From the NCBI GenBank assembly GCA_000320545.1, contig ADNK01002373.1:2690-66689 (forward strand): a stretch of 64,000 bases of DNA. Reading direction: 5' to 3'. Positions 15,724-29,360 of the stretch are shown here, piece after piece. The DNA comes from Bigelowiella natans CCMP2755. Taxonomy: Eukaryota > Protista > Cercozoa. The notes below the pieces were generated by a model. It was not told the origin of the DNA. It saw nothing but the letters and a program-made list of their open reading frames with translations, and ran no database searches. Each line of letters starts with the position of its first letter. The first letter of the stretch is position 1. The position numbers and the translations under genes are program-made.

Positions 15724-16998
15724 AGATGGTATTGTTATTGTTATTTAATTTGTTATTAAATATGTAACAACAATAATAATATCTGGAGAACCGAAGCAGC
15801 TGGTCAATAGGGATCTCACGAGAAAAAAGAACACGAATCCAACGTAACAAGTATACTTGTGGCATTACCCCCGCCCTGTGTATTACCACATTATCCACAT
15901 ACAAAAGCAATCTCTTATTTTCCCAACCCTTTCCATTTTGTTATCATCACTTCATTATCGATATCATCACCATTGCATATTACTTTTGATCGTGGTGATT
16001 ATAATATACTTCCATTATTCTTGATGATTATCATTATCATCACCCCCCACCATTATTATTACCTTTCCATTTCCCTGAAGAGTTCTGGGTCGTTATGGCG
16101 CAACAAATCGTAGTGAATACGCTGAAACCTATGCAAGTTGGCAAGTGGTACATTGTAAAATATGGGGGAGGAGAAGGTGATTCGGATCAACATTCCCCTC
16201 ATTTTCTTATCTCCTCCTCCTCTCTTTCTTTTAATCTGAAATAAACTATTCTACCACGATGTCTTTATGTTGTTTCCTGTTGTGATTTTGGAGGAGGAGC
16301 TAGCTAGCTACTAGGAGGTATATTTCTTTGTCGTACCAACTATCAAATCAACAAAAACTTTGAAGAAGATACAGAAAAAGCAGCGCTGTTTTGATTATCG
16401 GTGGTACATGCTCACTTACTTGTTAAGGAGGGCCACGCTAGAGTCTGCTGCTACTGCTGCTGCTGCTGCTCCTTGAGAGATCGTTGACGACGACGATGAA
16501 GAAGAAGAAGAGGAAGAGTTTGCTTCACCACCTCTCCCAGTAGATGATGATGATGATGATGATGTTACAGTAGCAGGACTGGATGATGATTGTGGTGATA
16601 ATGGTGATGATGAATACTGTGCAATCTTTTGAGGAGGAGGAAGAGAGGAGCTGTTGGTTGAGCTTGGAGTGAAATCAGAACTTCCTTCAATACTAATAGG
16701 GGTTCCTCCAAGTTGTTTTCTACTTGTTCTTCTTTCTTCTCCTCTTCTTCTTCTGCTGCTGCTACTAGTGGTAGTTGTGGGCGAGGAGGAGGTTAATAAT
16801 GCAGGTGTAGCATCAGTATCGGCATTAGCAGCAGCACAGGACTCTAGAGCTGCAATTTTATTACTCAGCTCGTGTGCGTCTAGAAATCGTTGCTCCTTAA
16901 CAGCGATCTCGAGTTCTTGACGAAAAATCGATATGGCTTTCTGCATTGCGTCAGAGGAAGAAATGGTAGAAGAAAATTTGCTACTATGATTTGTGGTG

Positions 16999-17029
<31 letters not shown>

Positions 17030-20000
17030 AAGAAGAATCGTTGATGTGACGGCTTGCCGCAGAACCACCATTCTTATTACCAAGGAATTGACTATTGGCT
17101 TTCTGCTCAATTTTCCTTTTGCCCCCTATAGAAACGACAACAATACTTTCCTTATTCTGCTTGATGTCGCTATCATCAGAGACTTTATCATCTTGCATCA
17201 ATCCTCCGCTATCCAGATAATAGTAGTGGTGGTGAGCATTTCTTCCTCCTCCTTCTCCTCCTCCTCCTCCTCCTCCTGTCTCTGTTTCCATTCTCGAACC
17301 TGTTGATGTGCTACAGTCTCTATCATCATGATCGTTAGTAGAAGCAGTAACTGGAGCTTTCCCTTCATTATCATCTTCATTATTATCTTCTCCTTTTTCC
17401 TCATTGAAATCCTCATTTCCAGTCGTGGTTTCTCTTCTTCTTCTTCTTCTATTGATGTAGTATTCTTGCGCCAAAGCTACCTCTTGCTCGACCAATGCGT
17501 ACATCACCTGATAGGGAAACCAATTGTGCATAAATAGTAGTAGTAGTATTAGTAGTAGTAGTTGTGACCACGTGCAGGTCCAAGAAAATAAGCAAAACAA
17601 ATGACAGTTAAAAGAAAAAACAGAGGAAGAAGAGGAAGACGATACTTTTTCAAAAGAATGTCACGAAGATGGTGATGTAGTTTTGATGATCAAAATATGG
17701 TGCTTGTTCCACAATCAACATACCTCTTTCTCCTCCCCTAGATATCGGTATCTAGCGGACATTGCGAACGTAGATGACAAAGTAGAAGAAGAAGATGATG
17801 ATGATGATAAAGTGGAATGGGAGGATACCGCTGCTGGATTATTATTAATGTTGTTGGACGATCCTCCTCCTCCTCCTCCTTGCGGCATACTTGTTGGTGG
17901 GAATCCATACCAAAGGCACATGTGGTCCATCAGTCCGCAGAAGAGTGCATAGGCGTCGGCTTCCATATCACCCTCGCTCACAGCAGATATCAGCTCAGGA
18001 GCGACACCTCCCCATCCGCGAGGCAAAGGAAAATTAGAGCAGCTTGAATTCGCAGCACTACTGTTATCCTTGCTTTGATTTCCCTTTAGATGATTATGAG
18101 TATCGTCCATCAGCGTTGAGTGATGAGAGAAAGACTTTGCCCATCCTCCGTCATTTACCTGATGACGATTTTCTGCTCCTCTTCTTTCACTTATTGCCAA
18201 TGGTGGTGATGATGAGGACGATGATGATGATGATGATGCTACTAGCCCTGACCGCTGCTGTGCTAATTGTGCTTCAGCGACATGGCCGTGGTCCTTGATG
18301 ATGGTATATAATATCAGAATCAAGAAGGTGTAATCGTAGTCGCGGTGATGATGATGGATTATTAAGAGTAGCAGTAGCGGCAAAGGGGATAGTATGAAAT
18401 GCAAAAAATGAATGTTTGCAGTGAGAGAATGGTGGGTAAATAGACGCAAGACGAAGATATATTCTTCCATCTATCTAAAGGACTAATGGCTGCAGTACCC
18501 TCTGTAATGCAATGACAATGACCGCAAGTAGATCGTTCATCCCTTGTCTTGATGATCAGAATTATTTCAAGAAGAAGATAACAACCATCGTTTGCGTCTC
18601 AGAATCATATTACAGAGATGTTAAGTAGATGAGGCTCTTTCTGTCATCAATATCACCAAAGGCTCTACTGCAATAAGTTGTTTTTGTGTTGCCTATGGGC
18701 AGTTGTTGGTATGTATGTATGTATGTATGTATGTATGTAGTGTATGTCTGTATGTAGTACCGATAATCTCTATTTGGGCATGCGCTTGAATACACCACTA
18801 AGATATTCATCAAGGCTCTCTGGACGCTGAAGAAATAGGCCATTAAAAACGATCGGAAGGAGGAGGAGAAGATAAGATTATAGTGCTTTAAACACATTAG
18901 CATATACATGGGTTTGTAAAATAAACCAATACACAACAACCGTATACTACTACTACTACAACTACTGCTGTAACTACTTCCAATGATAATATTTATCAAT
19001 ATCGATTCCATGTCAATACTCATCAGAGCACACCCACGTAACTACTAACATCGTTGTGATCATCATCATCATCATCATCTCATCCATTCTGTATCGTCAT
19101 CGTTTATTCAGATGCAAGTGATATTCTCCGAATATTCGGTACTAATCCTCCTACTATTTATATAACTGATGGTGTTAGCGATGTTTCTTACCGCTTACGA
19201 CGGAAAAAGGCTATGTTTTGTCTTGTTCTCTTTACGTCGATGTACACGTCTCGCAACAGGGCTGAGGATGGGACGAGAAGTTAGGGACGAGAAGTTAATG
19301 ACGACGAGAACGAATATGAGGACTTTGATTATGATTATGATAATGGTGATGATAGCGATGATGATAATATGGTGTAAACTATCTAATAGAAACAAGAACA
19401 TAAGAATAAACTTATGACACTGCAAACATTTTAATGTATTTTGATTTTCTATGGTATTTTATCAACTGTATATGACACCAACGGATACTACTAGTTAGTA
19501 CAACTACTGCTACCACCATTTACATCATCATCATCATCATCATCATTATCATTATCATCATCATTATCATAATCCTATCGTGATTCCACCTTTGCGATCG
19601 TTTAGGCGTTCTTGGTCTTTATCGCCCTCCTTGTGTGGCGTTGGCAGCCTCTCCCCTTCCTTTTTATCGGTGTTTTTATTGCTTGCTTTGGCTTTTCCCA
19701 TGAGCCTATCCTCGCATCTTCGCATTTCCTCAGATGTCACCCCTGCAGCAATAATAACAACAACAACAACAATAATAATAATTATAATAATTAAGCACGT
19801 AGTTATGCAAACCAGCTACTTAACAAAATAGAAAGAGAGAACATAGTGAAACAAAATATACATACACGTACACACACAGAGAGACACACACATATATGTG
19901 TATGTTTGTGATATTCATGTTCTTCCTCCTAAATTTTCGCCTCTACTCACCGTATTTGGCTTCAAGTGCATTCCAAATCGCGCGTGATCTTGCCACCTAA

Positions 20001-20556
20001 ATTCGTGTATGAATCAATCCCTCCATTTAAATTTGTATTGTTTGGATTTATATCTTGATCCAGACATTGAAAGAACAACAGAGACCTATTGTTTCTCTCT
20101 CTCTTTCTCTCTCTCTCTCACCTTTCCCCTCAGTGTTCCCACTACTACTACTACTGCTACTACTACTACTATTACCGATCTCAAGAAGTCCTTCGGCTCC
20201 CTGGAATTTTCACCACAAAGTGACTCTCGCCAGGAAAAATACCTCAGGCCTGGTCTCAAGACATATTTCCCCTTAACTTTGTCTTTCCTTTTCCATTTCT
20301 CAAAAAATCGTGAGCTGGTTCGAAACCGATGAGTGAAGGGAGTTTTTGGCATGGGGAAGGAGGAGATGTCCAATTGATCTTGCTGCTGCTGTGGTAGCTC
20401 ATGAGGGTTACGGCAAGCATGATTTGACCTCCGTAGTACGCCATGAGTGCCACGTACACCACGTCGTATAGTATTATGATGACATTGATGCTGCTGTCGC
20501 TCCTGTCGCTGATTCTGTTGTTGAGAAATACAGGAATAATAAAATATAATTAGCAT

Positions 20557-20623
<67 letters not shown>

Positions 20624-20901
20624 GTATAGATATTTATATTCTATGCATAATGCTATATTATAAATAATGTGAATAATAAAATTGAAGTACATGGTATGAA
20701 CAAATTGGATCAACGAATAGTATCCACCGACCAAAGTGTTACCATTTAGTAACTTCTGCAAAAAGTATGTGCAACTATTTGTTTCTTTCCACAACCGATG
20801 TTAAATATCCTAAGTCCGTCCAATCCCTATCTTCGCTGGCTACAGAAGAGCTTGCGACCTTAGAACACAAAAAAAAGGAGTGCAAGGAGGACTAGTTTCG
20901 A

Positions 20902-20939
<38 letters not shown>

Positions 20940-21314
20940 TGTTTCATATTATTTATGTTCCCTTCAAATGACAACAATCTTACCGTTGATTGCGCCGATG
21001 CTACAGTTGAAGAAGATGGTGTGACCCTACCTCTTTTGGAACCTCGAATCATCACACTCTGAGAAGACAACACGCAAAGCAAGCATTTATCTGACTTGAT
21101 GTATTGCTGCTACAAGTTGGGCTTAAAGTGTGGGTTGCTAGTGGGAAACCATGAGTTGGTCGTGCTCCTCGCGCGTAATAGCTCCATTGAGAAATTTTTT
21201 GTTGAGCAAGTGTTGAATATCAGCAGTAGTGTGATCATGCTGGATGATGGCGTCCCAGTGATCCGGCATGTCATCATTCGAGTCCACAGAAGGATTGAAT
21301 GTTGGTATCGACAT
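11959..21314 (-). CDS. TBC1D5: TBC-domain Rab GTPase-activating protein (TBC1D5-like) with long low-complexity inserts, a UVR-like helix pair and a C-terminal PH domain
   Basis: Arg-finger exon LLRDVYIDVKRTRQNIAFFR (~19195-19257) and Gln finger DYR|QGMNDLLA (~18762/18550). Further TBC segments: EADAYALFCGLMDHMCLWY, PQVYLLRWIRVLFSREIP, VWDFLL...FCVAML. PH segments: KGYLK, SLRWFQLKG, KISLLNCKI, LYISADSEASKHVWISSL. Start, stop and some internal exons are tentative. Confidence 0.85.
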
Positions 21315-22107
21315 AGTGCCGTGAAAGAGATGGGGGGGCGTTTTAAGGACGAAGTGAGGGGGGATGAAGTGAGGGGAGGTTCCAGGCGATGGGCATCATC
21401 TTCGTAACTGGAGGTTATTACGATAGTCAGCTTGCCGTCCTTAGAAAACGCAAGCCAAAATAGATGCTGCTTCGTTTAGAACCGGGATTCGGCAAGGGCG
21501 CCCTCAGAAGGTTTGTTCTTGTCAAAACGCAGTAGATCTACGAGTAGAGAAACTTAGTTAGTTAGTTAGTTAGTTATTCTTTTCGCGCCCTTGACTTCCC
21601 AGCTATGTTGTTACACCGAAGTGAAACTGTGAGCATTTTTCTTGTCGTTTCGTTTTTAGCAGTTGGTTGATGAAGAAAAACTGCTCCTAAACAACAACAA
21701 CAACAACAACATGATCATACTGTTTGTAGTTGGTAATACTACCGACATGTTTGCTCTCATATCGACATCATCATCACTTGCCATCATCAGTCCATTAGTA
21801 GTGAAATAAAGAAACAACAACAATAAAAACAACATCGGCATAATAACCCATATGTTTGTTCACTCACATCATCAACTCGTATCTAACGTTTCTTTCCTAC
21901 TCTCGTTTCGTACTGTCTGCTCGAGCACACGGTTTTTCAGAAGGTGTGGGATGTGGGAAGACTTGGATTGGGAAGGGAGTCGAACAGAATCTGAATCATT
22001 GCAGCCTGAGCAGAAACCGTTTTAAAGAGAATTTGTCTTTGGGGTATTTTTGACAGACAGGCTTCCCAAAAGGAATTTATCAAGTTTTGTAGCTCGTATT
22101 GAAGAGA
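21315..22107. promoter_or_regulatory. Divergent promoter/5'UTR region between TBC (-) and GYF-EF (+)
   Basis: Head-to-head gene starts. Contains the palindrome GTAGATCTAC and (TTAG)5. No TSS data. Confidence 0.55.
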
Positions 22108-23317
22108 ATGCCGGGTGTTGAATGGTGGTACATGGATGTTATGGGAGACAAGCAGGTAACTGGTATTCTAGGCTAAAAATAAGGAACCTTTGTGCAAGAT
22201 CCTTCTAAATATTTTCATTGTTGTTTCCAGGGCCCGGTGACGCTTCAACACCTTAAAGACCTCTACAAAAAAGAAAAGGCACACGATTACTTCTTCGACT
22301 CTGTTATATGCTTAGGATTTATACCTAAAACAGATATTCCTCGGAACACAAATTTGGGGCACAGGCCAGGGGGAATGGAAAAAGTTATGGGAGGTGAGTT
22401 CTAAAAATTTCCCTTCTACATGTGCACATCGCACTGACTTCAAGTACATTTAAAGATGCCAACCATACGCAAAATTGTGGCTGGAAAACGGTTTGTAAAG
22501 CTTTGGAGCACTACTACTAGTTTAAATTGTATCATAATACTTCCTACACCGTTGTCCAAAAGTAAAAATGAACTCTGAACTATGTAGAGATGAAATTACA
22601 TATGTTCCTCACGAAAAATCCAAGCCCGCACAACATTTTCGAATCCCAGACGAAAAAATGTGCGATGAGGTAAACAAGCGCAGATCTTTAAACGTTTGAC
22701 ATGTGTCCATCCAAGTAACTTCGAGTCTGGTCGCACCATTTGTGCTAATAGGTATTCAAAAGATTGAAACTTGACAAGAAAGATGTAAAAACAATCGTTC
22801 AATTTTGCTTCAAGGTTGTAGAAAATTAGATGTTATTTAAAAACAGGCAATAGATATCTTACAATTCATGTAACTACTAGGAAATCGATCAAGACCAATC
22901 CGGAACTCTCGAAATATCAGAAGTGAAAAGCAGCCTTGTAGCATTTTGCAAGCACTTATCAACGAAAGGAGCTGTAGTTTGCATTCCTTCGGACGACGAT
23001 ATTCGTATGTTAGTTTACTCGCTCGATAAGGTTTTGACCAAGCACATTGTCCGAATTCAACACCCTTATATTGTCAATTTTCTGCTAGGACGGCAATGGA
23101 ACTCTGGAGATCTCTGAGATGGACAGGCTTGCCAAAGGTTTTCTACATATCAACCTCAATTGTACTTATTGTTGTTGTCAAAACAATGCTTCATTTTAAT
23201 CATACATCACAACAATTATTAGGTTTAGCGGCTCGATACTACATTCAAACTAGAGACAATCTAAAAGATATGAAGGAAGAGTTTATTAAGTTGAGCAATG
23301 GCCCGTCCCCAGCGTAG
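22108..23317 (+). CDS. Small GYF_2-domain + two EF-hand protein (9 exons, short introns)
   Basis: MPGVEWWYMDVMGDKQ|GPVTLQHLKDLYKKEK|IFLGTQIWGTGQGEWKKLWE fits the GYF_2 pattern. EF-hand loops are DQDQSGTLEISE and DK|DGNGTLEISE. Stop TAG at 23315-23317. Confidence 0.85.
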
Positions 23318-23399
23318 TGCAGGGATGGAACAGAGGTTTGCAAAATGGAATGAAAGCGAAATGTCAAATAGAAGAAAGATCAACTAGAAGCAATTGATT

Positions 23400-24125
23400 T
23401 GTGCATTGTGCAATGCAATGATGACATCAAACCATGTGACGTACTCTGTGCAGCATATAGCAGGGATGCGTTGCATGCACGTGCACTAGCTAGTTCACAA
23501 TGTACGATCGGTCCGCACATTTTCACATCGATCGGTGCTACATGTGCGATGGTAGCAGCGGAGCCCACCTCGCTCTACAGATGAAAATCGATGCGCGCAT
23601 GTGCACATGGCTAGATGGGCAACACATACAGCGCGAGCGATGAAGGCACGAGCGGATAGTACAAGACGTGATTGATCGCGATGTGCATGGTTTGCTGCGC
23701 ACGATATTAGCAGCCACATTTGGTGACTTTGCATGCCAGGCTGATCCATGCATTGGTTTTGATTGTTTCATTTCTGTTGGGAGCAGATCTGCTGGCCCGA
23801 TGTAGCTCCACACAGAGCTGGGGACATGTGATGAATGTGCCATCGCAAACATTAGCAACATGGCGGCAAACATGTTCCCTGCATGCTTGTCGGAGATGCG
23901 CAGACCTGCAAATCTAGAAATGTGCAACTCTCACTGCCATCACAAATCAAGACCAGACGATCTACCCTCTGAGGGAACTCCATCTTTGCACATTTTCATG
24001 CTATGACCCTTTTGTTCACGTTTGATGCTCCAACTACAGATGAATGATTCGCATTGACAGATGATCAACCTTCTCTCAGATTCGCATGCAAAAAAAAAGC
24101 GGTTGAGTCCGTCGCAAATTCTAGA
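23400..24125. other. TpA-depleted island downstream of the GYF/EF-hand gene
   Basis: In 23710-24125 every TA I could find is in CTA or TAG context. CATG, TGCA and GCGC are abundant. Confidence 0.75.
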
Positions 24126-24745
24126 ATTATCACACCGAGTTAATTCCGCCCCTGTAATTTTCATCTAAAATTATTCTTTGGTTGCCATGAGCTTAGCTCA
24201 GCCACCCTTAGACAATTGCAGCGAAATGCATTGTTGCATGGAGGGCATGAAAGTGCTGTAGTTCTACGTCCGACGAGCCAATGATCGTAGATAGTCTCGG
24301 CTCCAGAACACAGAGAAGAGACGCCGGTGTGCAGTAGATCTAGATCTACTCGTATTGACAAGAAATAGAATTTTGGGTAGTAACCGGTAGTAGCAGCAAG
24401 CAGTATCAGAAGCAGTACTTTTAAATCTAGTAGGAAACTGCGACAACGACATTATTTTCACTATTATTTAATATTAGTGAGTAGATCTAGTAGATCTACG
24501 ACATTATTATTATCATTAGATCTATTATTGTGACAACGACAAACAACGACAAACAAACAACGACAACGACGACGACGACCCACCACTAGCCACGAGACAC
24601 GAGCCACGAGCCACTCCTTGAATGGCTCATTCGGATCCACCTTTACGCAAAAGGAAAAGGTATTAGACTATATAGCGAGCTCCCCTAAGTGATTCTGTTC
24701 TAAGTTCTTGCTAATTATCTGTCTAGAAGTAAAAGTGAAGAGAAT

Positions 24746-26103
24746 ATGGGCGAGGAGAAGGAATTGGGGGGAAGCTTGCTTAAACGTAATGCAGACCGAA
24801 AGCAGAATCTCGCGGATCTGAAAACGTGGTGGGACGGGGCCTTCCAAAGTCATTCTCACTCTTCAGCGAAGAATATTTTGAACGCAGCGCTGGTTATATT
24901 TGGAGCCTTGCCTACGGTAGGGATAACAGTTTGGGTTCTTAGCTGCAATCCTACTCCTAATAACGGAAATGTTGATGACTTGCACACAATGAAAGAGGCT
25001 TATGAGTCAAGTTTTCGTTCTCTTCTCTACTGGAGTCCATTATTCTTAATCAACTTCGTATTCTTCATCAATGTGGATATCATATTTTACATAATCGGTT
25101 TGCTGCAACGATCTTTCTGGCTAATCGATCCCTACTGGACACTGTTTCCTTCCATTTTTGGGCTTATTTGGGCCAGTCATCCAATGGCGGTTGTGAACGC
25201 TCGTACAATAGTAGCAAATATCCTTACCCTAATCTGGGCTATTCGCCTTACTCACAGTTATTTTCGCCGCGAAAATTGGAAATTCGGCGAAAGAGAGGAT
25301 TGGAGATATACGAAGATGGCAATGGAGCATGGAAAGCCGCTGTGGTATCTGATAAGTTTTTTTACTGTCGGTGTGGCACAGCACCCTATGCTCGTGGGAA
25401 TATCTCTACCGCTATATTCAGTAGCTTTTGGACCATATGCAAAACATTCTTCTTTTGATTGGATTGATGGAATCATCACGGTAAATAAGGAAATAGTTTG
25501 TTCAACAGCAGATAGCGGTGCCCTGTTCTTTTTCCGTGGTTGTTGTGACCTTCATCATAGTAGTATATCATATATAGCATTTTATAGGTTAGTATATTTG
25601 AAGGATAAATATAGTATTCTACATTAATTAATAAAACTATGATGGCAGTTTCGACCCAGGCGCGATTTGTGATAAAATGCTTTCTGTGTTAGGTACTCTG
25701 CCTCACAGGAATTACAATAGCATGTATCGCTGATAATCAACTTCGATCATTTATGATGGAAAATGAGTCTAGGCGCTCACAGGGCCTACCAAAGATCCGT
25801 CTCCTCAGAAAGGGTTTATGGAGATATTCAAGACATCCGAACTATTTCGGTGAACAAATGTGGTGGTGGAGCCTAGCTTTATTCTCACTGAAAGTTGGAC
25901 AGTACTGGGCAATAGCCGGTACAGCTCTTAATAGCCTTGTACTTGCAATTGTAACGGTTATGACCGAATCCAAAATGCTAAGGGAGTGGCCACCAGAACG
26001 TGCTGCTTTATACAAACAATATCAAAAAGAAGTAAGCGCCTGTTTTCCTTGGTTTCTCTTCGGGCGTGACAAGTCAAGCGGCGACGAAGACCAAGACATT
26101 TAA
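24746..26103 (+). CDS. DUF1295 / steroid 5-alpha-reductase-family membrane protein; exons 24746-25480 and 25693-26103
   Basis: Motifs WLIDPYW, WAIRL, REDWRY, IADNQLRSF and GLWRYSRHPNYFGEQMWWW, with multiple hydrophobic helices. One phase-0 GT-AG intron at 25481-25692. Confidence 0.93.
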
Positions 26104-26877
26104 GCATTTGTGACATTTCTTAGGAAACTTTAAGAAAGTAGGCGCTCGCTCAAAGGTGTAATCCACACTAAATGATTCGAGAGTCGTGTGCACGTTGCAC
26201 TGTAATCTTATTATTCGGTGACATCAGCATTCGCATGCAAGCGCCTAGTGCATACATGTGCGTGTCGTCATATAGTCACATGTTGATTACTGTCTTGTAG
26301 CTACACATGTGAAAATATACGTAGCATCTCTATGGATGTATATAGGATGCAAAAATTCGACAATAAGAGATGTGATTATAGTCGATAATTAAAGCACTAA
26401 ACAATAGACACAGTATATATGATATACGTATGTCTATAGTCTAAAAAGCTAGCTGTATGTGATTTGCGGCAAGTGCTCGACATGCGCTGCATGCGACGTG
26501 CGCTGCTATATGGCATTGGCCAGTTTTCTAGCCATACGGGGCGCCCAGGAAATTGTGCTTGTGCTTGGCCAGCAGCGCAGCTTCCTTGCTACTCATTATA
26601 CATTGCTAGTAGTATATGCAGAACGATTACGCTTAAATTAACATGATGTGTGTTAAAATAATATAATGCTGCGATGAACATGCAAGATCGAATTGCGCTG
26701 TTCAATGTAATGTGTGAGTGTAACAGCACATGAAGGATCATCATCGTCCTCATCATAATCATCATGCATGATGCATTTTCAAGCTTCTATACTATCCGGA
26801 AATGCGCTGGCTACAGATATCTACAAGATCAAAACCAAGAATCTTGGAGTTTGTTGGAGGATTTTCAACAGACGAAG

Positions 26878-26963
26878 CTACATAATTTTGGCTTTGCTGA
26901 AATCCATCTCTGGATGCTGACCCAATTTAAACACCCATATTACATAAATGTTACATAAACATA

Positions 26964-27000
<37 letters not shown>

Positions 27001-28795
27001 TGCGTGTGTTCTCTCTCTGTGTAACACGAGCCATTCTGTTAGTGTAAACAACGAAGTTTATTCACATGACATGAGCGCGATTGCAAATAGGGCATATGTA
27101 ATACAACAATATGTGTGAATTATGTTGTCATCAAAATGAAAAATAGATGACAATAGAATACCTGCTCCATGAACTTTTTGAGCATATCTTGTTTTTTCAT
27201 CTCGTCACTCGTTGGCTTTCCCATTCTCTTTTGGTTTTGGTCGAACATCATCTTCTCTACTGTCTGGCGTGTGGACCCATCCTACACCCACAGAGGAGTA
27301 CACAAGAATAAGTGATGACTATAAATGGCTTCATGTGACGACGATGATGATTATGACGATTATGATGATTTCTATTTCCAATTCTGATCATGAGGAGGAT
27401 ACCAAATCCGATAACTTTGAGTTTTCCGGTTGAATCTTTTGGGTGTCAATTTTTGGGCCCCCCTTCAGTGCGCACTTTCAAAACAACAACAACAACCACA
27501 TCCACAGGTTATTATTGCTTAAGACATGATGGGGAAGTGGGGATATGCTGCAACTCACGTTCCACCAACTCATTTGATCTTGTTTCTGAATATAGCTCGT
27601 TAGCGCTTTCTTGCCGTCGTGCTCATCTAATAAAAAAGAACGCAATAATAGTGAGTATTGAGAACATAAGGAGAAAAACGAAGAAATATAGAACGTAAAA
27701 TTGTACGTGTTTTTAGGATACACAATGGTGACTGATGATAATATCTCATAGCAGTATAACTACCGATGATCCACGTCGTGTCGTCGATGATAATCTTATG
27801 AGGCCATTCGCCTTCAATCACCACCTTCTTGTCCGCCTTACTAGAGATCTTTATTCCTTTAGGGTTGATCGATACATCGAGATCCCGAGCACGTTTCGCG
27901 GCCTCAGGTAGCCATATGTGCATCGTGACCTCTTTCAACGTCTGCGTCCATACGTACTGATCAGTACGCCCACCATTTCCTTTTGGTGCTTCGGATACGT
28001 CATTGTCCTCGTTTTCGTCATTTTTCGGATCCTCTTTCCAGGCCTCCTTCAATCCCGCATGCTTCTCGTTGATAGGATTCAAATCGTCATCTAGCTCAAT
28101 GACTTCGTTGGCAGCCGATTCGTTGTTCCTAAATACAATTTCACAGCCATCATCGTATGAATAACTTGCTCATGATAAATCCAGTGATTGATGCATATAA
28201 TTAGTACTGTGAAGAAGCACGATCCTCAGTAGGTGATGGCGCCTTTTGTTCTTTCTCTTGTGTGGGAATATTAGAGCTCCCCTGTTGTTTTTAAAACAAG
28301 CATGTTGAGAAGTGGCGAAATGAAACGTTAAAGTGTACTGATGTATAATTGAAACATTTGTACGGACGTCCCATACGATGTGATAACAATGAGATATTTT
28401 TTTTCAATTTCCAACCTTAGAATTTGATGCCTCTACCTCCATCTTCTTAGCGTCCGCCTTAGCACGTTGAACGTGCATTTTGGCCATCTTCAGCACCTTG
28501 CGAGCGTGGGAATCGTCTGTAAAAAACGAATGCTTTCGCCGCATAAATCCAAATACAGTTTGGATAAATTTGAGTTCCTGCCCTATTCCTTGGTGCGCCG
28601 AGAAGACTTGCTCTGATGAACAAACACACACGATCGATCATCGCGCATATAGAATTGCCGCGTGCCAAGCAACAATACCAAGAAAAACAAGGTGATACCA
28701 TCCTATTTGTAGTAGCAGAACACCAAAAAGAAAATAAAGTCCGCCCACCAATCTACATCAAAGTAACCTAGGGCCGCATCGTGCTTAGTCGACAT
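26878..28795 (-). CDS. NUDC: Nuclear migration protein NudC / BOBBER-like co-chaperone (CS/p23 domain)
   Basis: N-terminal [11 protein letters not shown]; CS domain [18 protein letters not shown]; [12 protein letters not shown]|[40 protein letters not shown]|[12 protein letters not shown]. This is the canonical NudC C-terminus. Confidence 0.96.
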
Positions 28796-29360
28796 ATCAG
28801 CGGTTCTCCAGTTGTGGGTGGATGCGGTGTCGTAGCAAGTTCCGAACCGCGTTGGTGCGGTAATAGACAAAGTTGCGACAATAAATTTGCTATGACAGCA
28901 ATAGAAAATATGCCCTTTTTACGTACGTATTTTCCTGGAACTAATTCGCGAAGTCCCCGCAGCATCTCTTAAAATAGCCTTTATTTCATATCTTACGACA
29001 TCAGTGAAGCATAACCATTACTCTGTGCCAGATCTTGAATGTTACCACTGTGCGGAGGGTCGAAATAAATCCCATTTTTGGCCTAATGTCGAGTAACTTT
29101 ATCTCAATTCGGTTTTATTATGGGTCATTTTTACTATTCTCAAGACATGGTGTGATCCTTCGTGAGTCTTATCTGAATTAGCTGTCGAATTTGCGCAGCC
29201 GAAGTGCCACAGCATTCTCCTCCCTCTACGAGGTGAACTGGAAGGGACTGGGAGAGCCACACTAATTGCGGTAATCCTCGTATCAATACGAAGTATTCTT
29301 ATTCTTTTTCTAGAGATTATTAAAATTTCGTCAACAAAATGCAGACGAGGAACGATTAAA
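28796..29360. promoter_or_regulatory. Divergent promoter region between NudC (-) and ARS2 (+)
   Basis: Head-to-head ATGs ~565 bp apart, with no microsatellites between them. Confidence 0.6.

Noticed and set aside
21554-21576. (TTAG)n as a telomere-like repeat
   Set aside because: Only ~5 units, and not TTAGGG. An ordinary SSR.
27395-27402. GTATCCTC donor in NudC as a U12 intron
   Set aside because: Imperfect U12 donor and no convincing TCCTTAAC branch site.
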